Part shown: piece after piece, positions 49,401-60,649 of the stretch | Layout: the number at the start of each line of letters is the position of its first letter | Numbering within the stretch: the first letter of the stretch is position 1 | NCBI RefSeq assembly: GCF_006345805.1 | Contig: NC_042998.1 | Span: forward strand, 107,818,001 to 107,882,000 | DNA: 64,000 nt | Direction: 5' to 3' | DNA from: Octopus sinensis | Taxonomy: Eukaryota | Translations under genes and position numbers: made by a program | Notes under the pieces: model-generated | What the model was told of the DNA's origin: nothing | Databases searched by the model: none | Seen by the model: the letters and a program-made list of their open reading frames with translations, nothing else

Positions 49401-52200
49401 AAAGTTTCTGTTTCATATTTAGACGGGTAATTATTTAAGGATTTAAAAATGCAATCGGGATCAACACTTAACTACATAGAAAAACTTGAAATATAAATGT
49501 TCGCTCATTGTCCGCAAACTAGATGCGTCGACTAATTCACTGTGATATGAAGTGTTAGAGGATAGTTGTCATAGCAGACGGTTGACAAAGCATTACATAA
49601 GATGTTGTTACATTATGTACGATGTTTGTTCATATCAGCTCGGAGTTTACTCCAGCCATAGCCGACTTAGTATTTAGTAACATCCATTTACACTCTGAGT
49701 TCGGTGTTAATAATAAAACACACGAATACTAGTATAATTAACTACATCCTCTTGTAAACAGTTTGTGAGTTTTTCATTAGATTAATTTTTAATTTCCTGA
49801 AGTCGTTAATAGATTCATTGGCATTCATGCCGATTCATTGAAATGCATAATATAAATTGGTGATGTGCAACATTGGGTAAAATTTTCGATTACTCGAAAA
49901 TTTTTACCTAACATTGATATAACAAGAGTATCTCAACTTACCGCCCATTCATTAATTTACTTTCTTACAAAAATAAATAAATAAATAGACGGGTAAATAG
50001 ATCAATCATTTGGTCAATAAGAAAGGAGTTCTTTTACATTAAAGAAAAAGTTAAATTCTTTTCAGTTTTACAAGTGTCAAACAACTTTATTCGTAGCTTT
50101 TCTTGTCATACAGACGAGAAAATTTCTATCAGACGATTCGTTCGGTTAACGAAAACATTTTATTATGGTTTAGTGATTTAAGAAAATGTTAGTGCTATTG
50201 ATATTCGCAAATTGTCTATGTGTGTATGTATGTAAATATATATATACTTACACACACAATTTGGGAGTTATATAATGTATATATGTATGTATGTATGTAC
50301 AATGATCAAGGTTTTTCACAAATGTATACAAGTTTTGTCTGTCCGGATGAAGACGAGCGTGAGTAAAGTATAAGAATTTACAATAAACAAAATAAATGCC
50401 TTACGTCTCCTTTTCTGTGGCCATCTTCGAGTTGTCGTAGTGTTAGGTAGCGAAATACATCCAACCTGTTGTAAAAATATTTTTCAGCGCTGTACTGTAA
50501 GACATCAATTGACCAGCGTCACAGATTTCTTTGGTTTTTAAGCAGTAGCAGTGATAACAACATTACCACGTGATAATATTGAATCGCTCCGAGTTCATAA
50601 AAGATTTTGTAATTAAATTGGCAATTAAAATTTATACGTCACAAATGTTACAACGGCATTAATTACCAAGACATTCCTTCGATATCGGTCTACAGAGTGT
50701 CGGTGTGAGGAGACGACGGTCATTCACACTCTTTTTCAGCCTAGACTTTTTATCTGTCATCATGAGGGAAAGTTATGTGGGTGAATGACGTCGTGTACCA
50801 ATACCGAAGGGTTACCACGATGTTTTAACACACACACACACAGTTTTCTTACGCTCAATTTAAACACAATATATATTTTTTATTGTTTCTTGATTATTTT
50901 ACATTGTGAGATTTATATTTTTTGTCGCGCATAACAGGTACATAACATTATAACATTTTATTCATAGCAACTATCATAATATTACTTTTCTATTTGTATA
51001 GACATATGAAACAGATGGACTACACTATCCGATTAGAATCTAGTATAATCTCCTTTGTTCAACAGGGCATAGACCCCAGTCTAAACACTTACCTCTACAA
51101 ACTACTCATAGGATGGTAGGGGTAATGTTTTTAAGCAAATATACTATGATGATATCGGTTAGCTGATTGTATATGCATGTATGTATGTATATGCATGTAT
51201 GTATGTATATGTCTGTATCTATATGTGTGTGTGTGTTTTATCTTTGTTTACATGTGACCAACTTCGTACACTGTATTTATGAGCGCACGCGCAAGTGTAT
51301 TAAAGTGTAAATATTGAACGTTAGTATTAATACGTCAGGTGAATGTCACGAGAATGAGATTCATTTTCTTTTTAACTTTCGTTAAGATATTAAGGTATTT
51401 CTTATATTGTTGCTACATTTAATGGGTATAGTCTTGTTACTCGTGAAGCTTCAGGGATTCTGCTGTCGGATCTTAGTAGATACTAACTAATTACAAAAGC
51501 CGTAGCAAACGACACAAATACACAAAAGACGATATCTATATTACATGCGCGATTCCAGGACATCGTCAACCAGCGTGTTGACGAGGACCATCGCCAAACA
51601 GCTGAAGTTGACAAAGGTTACTATTAAGCATATGGTACAAGTTTTACATGATGAGCAATGGCACTTCTGTTCGGCAACTCCCAGAAAAACCATATGATCA
51701 TGTGACACTCGACACCCAAACTACTGTGGCTGGCTACCTCTCCAGTTTTGAACACTGGACTGTCACATCTTGGGCAGAGTTTTTCAACCGAAGTTCCCGG
51801 AACCCTAGGGTTCTGCAAAAAGTTTCTAGTAGTTCCGCGAGAAAGAGTGAGATAAGCTAATGCTAATTTCATGAACGTAATATTACTATTACATGTACAA
51901 CATATTGTTGGTTATTGTAATATTGTAATATAGACATCATCCTCTCTAACCTATTATGTTATAAAAAAATATAACAACCATTGGGGATATATTCAGTGAT
52001 GTCTGTAATTTATGGACACCATCACTAGCCACTAAAACTTTTCTATTTTCTCTCCCTGTTTATTTCTGAGTTCCTTTCCGTCGAAGAGCGTAGGCTCGAA
52101 ATGTAATAGACTTTCTTACTTCCCGAGCGTTAAACTAATACATCTGTGTGTTGTTTACACACCCATCTTCGTCTTTTGCTTTTTTGTAAATTCTCACTAT
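46500..52200. promoter_or_regulatory. CpG-retaining (probably unmethylated) promoter zone around MFSD12 exon 1
   Basis: CG dinucleotides are visibly frequent here in non-repeat DNA but rare in flanking introns (by eye, not computed). Contains the ATG exon, CACGTG at 50567-50572 and an NRF1-like GCGCACGCGC at 51283-51292. Confidence 0.6.
50405..50424 (-). CDS. MFSD12: MFSD12-like, inferred first coding exon (MATEKE + AC, phase 2)
   Basis: Minus strand reads tcgaagATGGCCACAGAAAAGGAGAC|gtaagg: good Kozak context, canonical donor, and the phase-2 end matches the single G starting exon 29505 (ACG = Thr). The next exon has no Met before the conserved TM1, so an upstream coding exon is required. 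Lies in the CpG-retaining zone. Too short for homology support. Confidence 0.7.
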
Positions 52201-52348
52201 ATTTATCTGAGTAAGCACATAAATGTAAAACAAGGTGTAAAAAAGAGTACTCAGATACCAGAGGTCGAGTAATATACTTTATTAAAAGCAGCAGAAATAT
52301 GAAACTCTGAGTAACAGTTTTTGTGATATTTCTGCTGCTTTTAATAAA

Positions 52349-52354
<6 letters not shown>
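52030..52354. mobile_element. Probable Penelope-like pLTR remnant with inverted terminal piece
   Basis: gaagagcgtaggctcgaaatgt (GAGC-loop-GCTC-GAAA, pLTR-style) followed by a perfect 29-bp inverted repeat. No coding evidence. Confidence 0.45.

Positions 52355-52390
<36 letters not shown>
52351..52390. repeat. (AT)20 microsatellite
   Basis: Read directly. Confidence 0.95.
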
Positions 52391-52393
<3 letters not shown>

Positions 52394-55304
52394 ATCTACC
52401 ACACAAACTATGATGAAAAATATGAGAAAGAATATGGTATATACTTTCTTTTGTGCAGGTGTTCCTTGAGATATGTAATTTATTTTAAGAGTTACGCAAG
52501 GGTAAAAAGGTTGAGAACCACTGAATTAAGGAGTCATCAGTTGTGGGGGTCAACTAGCTGCCCTACGATGTTATGGTTTTGTGGGAGTTGCTGTCATAGG
52601 CCACCTTATCCAGGCATAAATTTGGTTAGTGGTGGTTATCAAGGCATCATTGGCAGTATACAATAGTAGGGCGCATGCTTGTTCTGTATTATATATCTTC
52701 TATAATGTTTCCATATTTTTTTTTACTTCAAACAGTTGTATTTATATATGTACAATTAGTTAATTGAACTGAAAGGCATGTTATTGTGTACATGATAATT
52801 TAAAGTTTTCACAGCATAACATAGAAATATATTATAGTAAAATGTATAGTAATTTTCATAGTTATTATAAGCAGGACAAATAGAACCCCTATCATAAAAC
52901 TAAGTGACAGAGTTCCATATAGCACCTGAGGCTGTTCTGTCTTGGAGTTTAATATCCCAACATTTTATAACTTTTAGAAAAACTTCTAAAACCTTCAACA
53001 AAAGTAATTAGTGTTAAATATACTGCTTCACTGATTACATGCCAGCTATGTGAACTGGTCAAATCATGTTCACATGGGGATTCATGCCTTTTTTGGCAAT
53101 ACAGTTAATTTCTCATGGCTGGTTTTGCCTTTTACGAAAATTTAGCTAGGCCGTGGTTCTGAGTGAGATAGTTTGAAATTAAGTTGAAGCTTTGCTACAG
53201 ATGCTTCTGTGGCTGCATTGGGCACATCATTTGACTGAAGGTAGTTTTGTTGAATGACCTGTTTCTTTCATATATTATGTTGAATGTGTGTTGCACCTTC
53301 TGTTCTTGACATATATAATTATGCTTTCATTTAAAAAATAAAAATGAAACTGAGTGGGAGGTGAGATAAAAGAAAACTAATCAAAGGTGAGGGTGTGATT
53401 GAGAGACAGAGTGAGTAGCCTAATATCCCTCAATACCTCAGTACAAATGTAAGAGGGAGGATAATAAAGGAAAAACAAAAACAGAACATGCAAAAGAAAA
53501 AAATATATACATAAATGCATGCATGTTTACATACATATTCATACATGCATATGCATACATACATGTATGCACACATACATTCATACATACATACACACGT
53601 ACATGCAACCTCACACATACATGTTTCAACTTTTGAACATTGAAAGTTTACAATATTACACTGCAATTACTATTCATGACCTGATGTGAGTAATAGAGAT
53701 TGATTGAAATAAGAACACACAACTAATGTATTACCTTTCTCCAAAAAATATCAACAAATTCAGGAAAAGTATCAGGTAACTGGATATCATTAGTTCATTA
53801 GTTGTAAGGTGGATAATGATTTCATGAATCACTTGCCATGCTTACATGACAGGCTATCTGAAGACTAAGGGAACTACCAACAAGAGATATATGTTGGTTA
53901 TCAAGTCAAAAGTTACAACATTATAAAAAAATTATATAATGCACAAATTTGCATTAGACCTGTGAGTTGTATATTGCAGTATGAAAGCTCATGCCACCAA
54001 GGTTTTAATGGTTTCTCCATAGAATGAACCAGAGTCTTTTTGGTGTAAATAAACAGCAGAACTGAATATTGTGCAAATGTCTCTCCCAAAACATAAAATC
54101 ACCAGTGAAAGTCTCCTGATGATTGATGCAAAACTACAGAATGGAAAATCATTTGGGAAAGGTTTGATATTTTGTTATTGGCTCAGGAAGTTTACATTCT
54201 GTCATCAATTTGTTTAAAAGAACAATGGATGCTGAACTCAATGTGTCAGACTGTTTAACAGTTATACTTCAAAAGGTAGAAGTAGAAACACACATGGCCA
54301 AAAAGCAACCAGCCCATAACAAGCTGGAATATTATTTATAAACTCTACACAGCTTTCTTGATGTTACTTTTCCAAGATCATGGCAAAACAAACAATGTGA
54401 TGAATAATGAGTAAGCTGGAGCGGGGAGAAAAGGGTCTGGTGATGTACTGAACTTTTCTCATCAACAAAACTGTCTTGAAAGAAGGAAAAAGATGACGAG
54501 GAATGTGTGTGTGTGTGTGTGCACATCTCTATGTCTGTGTGTTTACATTTGCATTTCTCCAAGATGATGTCTGACTCTGTCCCTTCAATCATGACTATTA
54601 AGAGTTACTATGCCTTGAGAAAGTTTTACCATTAAAACAATACAACGTAGTCTTCAAAACTATCAATAAGGATGAAAGCACTTATTGTAGTTACAAACAG
54701 AATTAGGTTATCAAAGGGAAAATTCCCAAGTGAGAGCTGGTCAGTGATGTTGTTTGGCCTGTCCGTGAAGCCCTTGTTAGGTCTGCACAGGAACGAAAAA
54801 TTAATGTCACCCACACAGGTGCAGGTTGGTGACAGGAAGAGCATCTCACCTAGAAAATCTACCTCAGATAATTCTGTTTAACCCATGCAAACATGGAAAA
54901 GTGGACATTAGAATGATGATGACCATATGCTTTATTCAAGTAATATTTACAACACCAAGAGACAACTGCTCACAGCATGAGACATTAGGATGAATGTTCA
55001 TATGTGGTAGTCAATTAAGGAAAGATTTGTGACCAGACGAGGAATGTGTGTGTGCACATCTCTATGTCTGTGTGTTTACATTTGCATTTCTCTGAAAATA
55101 AACAGTGATGTTGTCATTTCCACTGTCATCAAATCATCTGGTAGCTTTGTACCTTCAAAGTTGTATGGAGTAAGAGACTCCTTGATTGAAAAACAAGAAT
55201 TAGATTTAGTGACAGGAATGGCATATGACAGTAAAACAATGCCTTTATAATATATTCACCAATCTCATACTAGCTTGGAAAATGAATGAATATTTATATA
55301 TGTA

Positions 55305-55727
55305 TATTTATTCTTTTATTTGTTTCAATCCTTTGACTATGGCCATGATGGAGCACGACCTTGAATGGTTTTTAGTTGAACAGATCAACACCAGGACTTA
55401 TTTTCTAAAGCTTAGTACTTATGCTGTTGGTCTCCTTGCTGAACCACTAAGTTACAGGGACAAAAAACACCAACACCAGTCATCAATCAGTGATTGGGGT
55501 AGGGTGGTGGTGGGGGCAAACACAGAACAAAGACACAACACAAATAGATACACACACACACACATATATACAATGGGATTCTTTAAGTTTCCATCTACCA
55601 AATCCGCTCACAAGGCTTTGGTCAGCCTGAGCCTATAGTAGAAGACACTTGCCCAAGGTACCACACAGTGGGACTGAACACGGAACCATTTGGTTGGAAA
55701 GTAAGCTTCTTACCACACAGCCACACC

Positions 55728-55730
<3 letters not shown>
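55305..55730 (-). mobile_element. SINE family B
   Basis: tgtttcaatcctttgactatggccatg ... gaagacacttgcccaaggtaccacacagtgggactgaac ... cttaccacacagccac. Confidence 0.85.

Positions 55731-55772
<42 letters not shown>
55731..55772. repeat. (AT)n microsatellite
   Basis: Read directly. Confidence 0.95.
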
Positions 55773-55775
<3 letters not shown>

Positions 55776-56159
55776 TATATCTCAAATTAGTTATCTAGAT
55801 CAAACTTATCCATAGTATAATCTCTAGATGAAACACTAAACCTTACGACCAGAAAACACCACTCATATTAGAAATTGAATGAAGTGTGATGATACATAAC
55901 TTTTTTCAACCACCCATTTTCAATAATAAAGAAGCTAGTTAGCAACATAACCCAGAGAATCTCCACAAAATTATTTGAATGAAACAATAATTGACCAAAC
56001 ATCACCTTTTAACAACAAAACTTTGAAAATAACAAAGAAAATTTTGAATTCATATTGTAAGTCACACAAATAAATCCAAGCTAGGTAGAACCGCAAGAAG
56101 AAATATAATTTAGTTCAAGTCTCTCTGTATGCTGCATGCAGCAACAATCCTCCCCATCT

Positions 56160-57400
56160 TCATCATCTTCCTCCTCCTCCTTTAATATCTGTTTTCCATG
56201 CTGGCATGGGTTGGATGGTTTGACTGAAAACTGGTAAGCCGGGGAGCTACACCAGGTTCCAGTGTGATTTGATAAAGTTTCTATGGCTGGTTTCCCTTCC
56301 TAACACCAACCATTTCGAGAGTATACTGGATGTTTTTATGTGTCACTGACATGGGTGCCATTGACCTGACACTGACATCGGCCATGACTACAATCTCACT
56401 TGGCTTGACAGGTCTACACAAGCACCATGTATCACTAAAGGTGTTGGTCACCTGTCACTGCTTCCAGTGAGGCCCAATGTTTGAATAGTGCTTTTTATGA
56501 GTCACTGGCACAGGCATGACTACAATTTCACTTGGCTCGACAGGTCTTCACAAGCACAGCATATTGCCCAACATTTGAAGAGTGCCTTTAAAGGGACCCA
56601 GTTATGTGACACTGGTATCAACTACGACTATGATCTCATGTGGCTTGAAAGGTCTTTTCAAGCATGGCGTTCTGCCAAAGGTCTTGGTCACTTGTCATTG
56701 CCTCCATGAGGTTCAACATTTGGATACTGCGCTTCATCACCTCATCCCATGTCTTCCTGGGTCTACCTTTTCCACAGGCTCCCATCACCATCAGAGTGCG
56801 ACACTTCTTCACACAGCTGTCCTTGTCCATGCACATCACATGACCATACCAGTAAAGTCGTCTTTCTTGCACACCACATCTAATGCCTCTTATGCCTAAC
56901 TTTTCTCTCAGGACGTTTACACTTGGTCATGCATGCACAGACGTTACATATCTAGCGAAACATACTAGCTTCATTTTTTATATGAGCCTATACATGTCCT
57001 TGGCAGTCACAGCCCATGTTTCACTGCTGTGTAGCATGGCTGCTCACACACAGGCATCATATGATCTACCTTTCATTCTGAGAGAGAGGTCCTTTGTCCA
57101 GCCTGTTTGTATTCTAGCAGCTATGCTCACTGAGCATCCACCCCCAGCACTGACCTAGTCACCTAGGTAATGGAGGTTATCGGCTACTTATAGTTTTTGC
57201 CCCTGGCATGTGATAGAATCTGTTGTCTGTGTAATTTTTGTGTTAATTGTACCTGTGCACCTTTCACATACAAAAACTATTTTCCCTGCTAGTCTTCCTC
57301 TGATATTGCTGCACCTCTTATGTGTCCATAGCTTACACTGGGTACATCTTATGGAATTTCTACCTCCACTTTTTCTACAGATCGAGGGCCATCAACCTGA
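56160..57400 (-). mobile_element. RTE-clade LINE 3' fragment with repeated 3' UTR and tail
   Basis: ORF 56636-56872 (RRLYWYGHVMCM...GKGRPRKTWDEV...MLEKTFQAT*), Cys-finger remnant near 57300-57380, ~120-bp UTR repeats, and family tail at 56160-56340. Confidence 0.85.
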
Positions 57401-57589
57401 AGGGATTTGTGCAATAAAAGTAACAAAAATATTCTCAACATTTCCCAACCAAACATGAATACCATAAGTTATTCAACAACAATAATACAAATGTTAGCTA
57501 CAGTTGCACAAGGATCCACAAACACAACATCGAAGTTATAAATAACAAAATGTCTAGAAACACATCTCATTATCCAAAATAGATGCAAC

Positions 57590-58400
57590 TACAGGGTGGG
57601 GCAAAGAGGAGAGATGTTTTTGAAATGGCTAATACTCAGCCCCAGGGAAAGAAACATATATCTGACAGATACCATTTGGTCCATAGTGTTTTGGCATTTT
57701 TTTCTTTTCAGGTGAAACCATGGTGCTGTGGACAATAGAGCATTGCATGCTTGCTTACAGCAGCTATGTGAAAGATGAGTCTGTCACAGCAGCTCAGTGT
57801 GAGTTTCGGTGCCACTTCAACATTCACTGAAATCAGATTGTTCCCACCCGTAACACAATCTTATGTTGGGTGAATGCACTTTGTACACAAGGTACACTAA
57901 TGAATAGGAGACCAGTGGGAGTACCATGAATGGTATAGACCCTAGGCGGCTGGTTGGCAGAGTCGTTAGCGCGCCGGGCGAAATGTTTAGGGTATTTCGT
58001 CTGCCGTTACGTCCTGAGTTCAAATTCCGCCGAGGTTGACTTTGCCTTTCATCCTTTCGGGGTCGATAAATTAAGTACCAGTTACACACTGGAGTCGATG
58101 TAATCGACTTAATACCTATGTCTGTTCTTGTTTGTCCCCTCTATGTTTAGCCCCTTGTGGGTAATAAAGAAATAGGTATAGACCCTAGAAAATGTGGAAC
58201 GTGTCAGACAAGCTTTGATATGGAGTCTGAATTGCTCTGCTTGGAGCACAGAACTTAACATCAGGAATCGATTCCACCCGTACAAATTGGTCATTGGGCA
58301 ATAGAAGAAACCATTGGACTATACACAGCGGCTTAACTTCTCACTTCAGATGGAAGAAGTTTTTGAGGCAAATGACAAGCTCATTTTGTTAATGAGTGAT
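57590..58400 (+). mobile_element. 5' half of a second DD41D-family copy, interrupted by a SINE
   Basis: Starts tacagggtggggcaaag like the 39072 terminus. Nucleotide similarity to the reverse complement of 39900-40330 (e.g. cccacccgtaacacaatcttatgttgggtgaatgcactttgtac). Confidence 0.8.
57946..58174 (+). mobile_element. Young tRNA-headed SINE (family A) with 14-bp TSD
   Basis: A-box-like tggcagagtcgt, B-box gagttcaaattcc, central cctttcatcctttcggggtcgataaa block. TSD ggtatagaccctag at 57932-57945 and 58175-58188. Confidence 0.92.
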
Positions 58401-58428
58401 CTTGCTATAGAGGAAGTACATGGTTACC

Positions 58429-58430
<2 letters not shown>

Positions 58431-58466
<36 letters not shown>
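58431..58466. repeat. (GA)n microsatellite
   Basis: Read directly. Confidence 0.95.
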
Positions 58467-58470
<4 letters not shown>

Positions 58471-59129
58471 AGAGGTAGAAGAAAGAGGACAGAAACAGGT
58501 GCGCTGATGTAAAGGAGAGAGTGAGAGAGAGTGACCAAGAATGAGGGCAGAAATAGGTGTGCAACTGTAGAGATACATGGCTACTCAGCCAGAGGGAAGA
58601 GAAAGGGAATTATAAAACTAGCCTCATATTTCTGCTTTCCTGCTTCCTTTCCTTTTTTGTTTAATGCTAATACTTTCAACCAATACATTAAACAGATTTA
58701 AACTTGTGTGTAATTAACCATCTTTTGTATATGAACAACCTGAAGTTGTATGCTGTTGCTGATAAACACTAGAAACACTGTTGCTGATACTACATAGATG
58801 TACCAAAGAAATTGCTCTGAGATTCAGATTAAAAAAGGCAACCTTGAAATGAAGACAATTAATTATGAGCAATTAAATTGTTAGATAAAGAGATTGTTAT
58901 AAGAGATTTACAGCAAATATAGACATATAAATACTTGAGAGTCAATGGACTAGATGGTGTATATTACAAATAAAAGAAAAGGTTAGGAAGGAATATTTTA
59001 AAGCAGAAACCAATGCAAAAAAAGAAGAAAAAAGGTAATAAACAGCAATAGTCTAACTGCCCAGTATGGAATAATAGAATATTCTTGAACTGAGTGCTAA
59101 ATGAGTAAGCAAAACTTGACATAAAACAA

Positions 59130-60520
59130 GCATCATCATCATGTCGTTTAAATTCTGAACCTAACTGTTTTGTATTTATAGTATTGCTTGCTGAAATTAT
59201 TTTTGTTCATATTCTTTCTTGTTCCTTTTCTTCTGAGTTATCTATGTCATGTCTCCCACAGCTTAGAAATGCAACACATTTCTCAACATGTTCTGTTCCA
59301 AGTGATGTTGCCAATGTGTAATTCCTATAAATTTAGTATTTGCAGCTTTTCATGCCAGTATATTGCTGCCTTTGAGATGGCCCCAAGTACAGCAATCCCA
59401 ATAGGTAATGTACTCACATTTGGGGCCCTGTGGATGCATTTAACTTCTAATGCTATGTCTTGGTACTTCTTGTTTTCTATCTTCACAACATTCTGGTTAG
59501 CAGGTATAGCTATGTTGAAGGTCTATTCTTTGCATAAGAGAGTGATATTTGGTTGGTTATGTTGCAACTTCTTATCTGTGTAGATTGGCATATCCCATGT
59601 GAGTTTCACCTGATTATTCTCTGCTTCTGACAAAGGTTGGTGCTCATATCCTTTGTTGGAACATTCTAGCCCATACTTCCTGCACAATTCCGTTTTAACA
59701 ACTGGGATTACTTTTGTAGGAACTTTCCAGTCATTTTCTGAGCCAAATCCTGGTATTTTCCTATTTTTTTACTGTTCTTTGATCACTACATTCATGTCCA
59801 CAGATATAGCCACCTCTATGATGATGCACTCTTATTTTACCCCCTTGTCCAGAACCATAATATCTGGTTGCCTGGCATGAATTTCATGATCAGTCTGTCC
59901 ATTAAAAGCCCATAAAATCTTGTACTTCTCATTCTCTATTACACTTTCTGGTTGATGTTCATACCATTTTCTTCCTACTTTAAATCCTCTTAGCTGTAAT
60001 ATATCCCAGTATATTGCTTTGGTCATACAGTTGTGTCTGCATCTATATTCCTTCTGTGCCAAGGGACTACAGGAAATTATTATGTGCAAAATGGATTCCT
60101 CTTTCTCATTACATACTCAGCACTTTTTGCTGTTTTGTCTATTTTGATCTTAATGATTCAGTAGCTACCATGAGTCCTTCTGTTTCTTTCTTAAGGTCTC
60201 CATTCTTCAGCCATAACTATGACTCCTCTGCTGTAGCATTTTGTGTTTGTCTGAGATGTTGATCGAGTAGTTCTTTTCTACAGATGTTTCTTTCTTGCTC
60301 CTGTTCTCTTTTTTTTCTTGCATTCCATTGCAGTCTCTGCCGTTTATTTCTCTCCTCTTGGCAGCTGAAACTAGTCTTTCTGAGTTGCTTCTCACATAGA
60401 CTCTTATATCTTGCCTTACCATTTTATACAGTCTTCTATCGAGAAAATTTCCCATCAGGAAGGTGGCTTACTGCACAACAGGGTAGGCCCAGTAATCATC
60501 TAGCTACTGCAGTATGAAAG
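59130..60520 (-). mobile_element. R4/Dong-clade non-LTR retrotransposon 3' fragment (CCHC finger plus REL endonuclease)
   Basis: SCSPLAQKEYRCRHN...KWYEHQPESVIENEKYKILW...QTDHEIHARQPDIMVLDK, then VLGAI; short (ATG)n tail near 59130. Confidence 0.85.
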
Positions 60521-60565
60521 AAAGGAGGAAGGATAGACTGGAACAAATTTAATGCAACTGTGATG

Positions 60566-60648
60566 GATGATGATGATGATGATGATGATCATCATCATCA
60601 TCATCATCACCACCATCACCATCACCATCATCATCCACCACCACCACC
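60566..60648. repeat. Compound (GAT)8(CAT)6(CAC/CAT)n microsatellite
   Basis: Read directly. Confidence 0.95.
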
Positions 60649-60649
60649 T

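Noticed and set aside
53430-53666. Cys/Val/Met/Tyr-rich ORFs (also 52130-52402, 60500-60688, 62081-62281)
   Set aside because: Translations of simple repeats.
57946-58035. tRNA gene
   Set aside because: A/B boxes are present but no cloverleaf; it continues into a SINE body with a TSD. The same applies to the other SINE heads.
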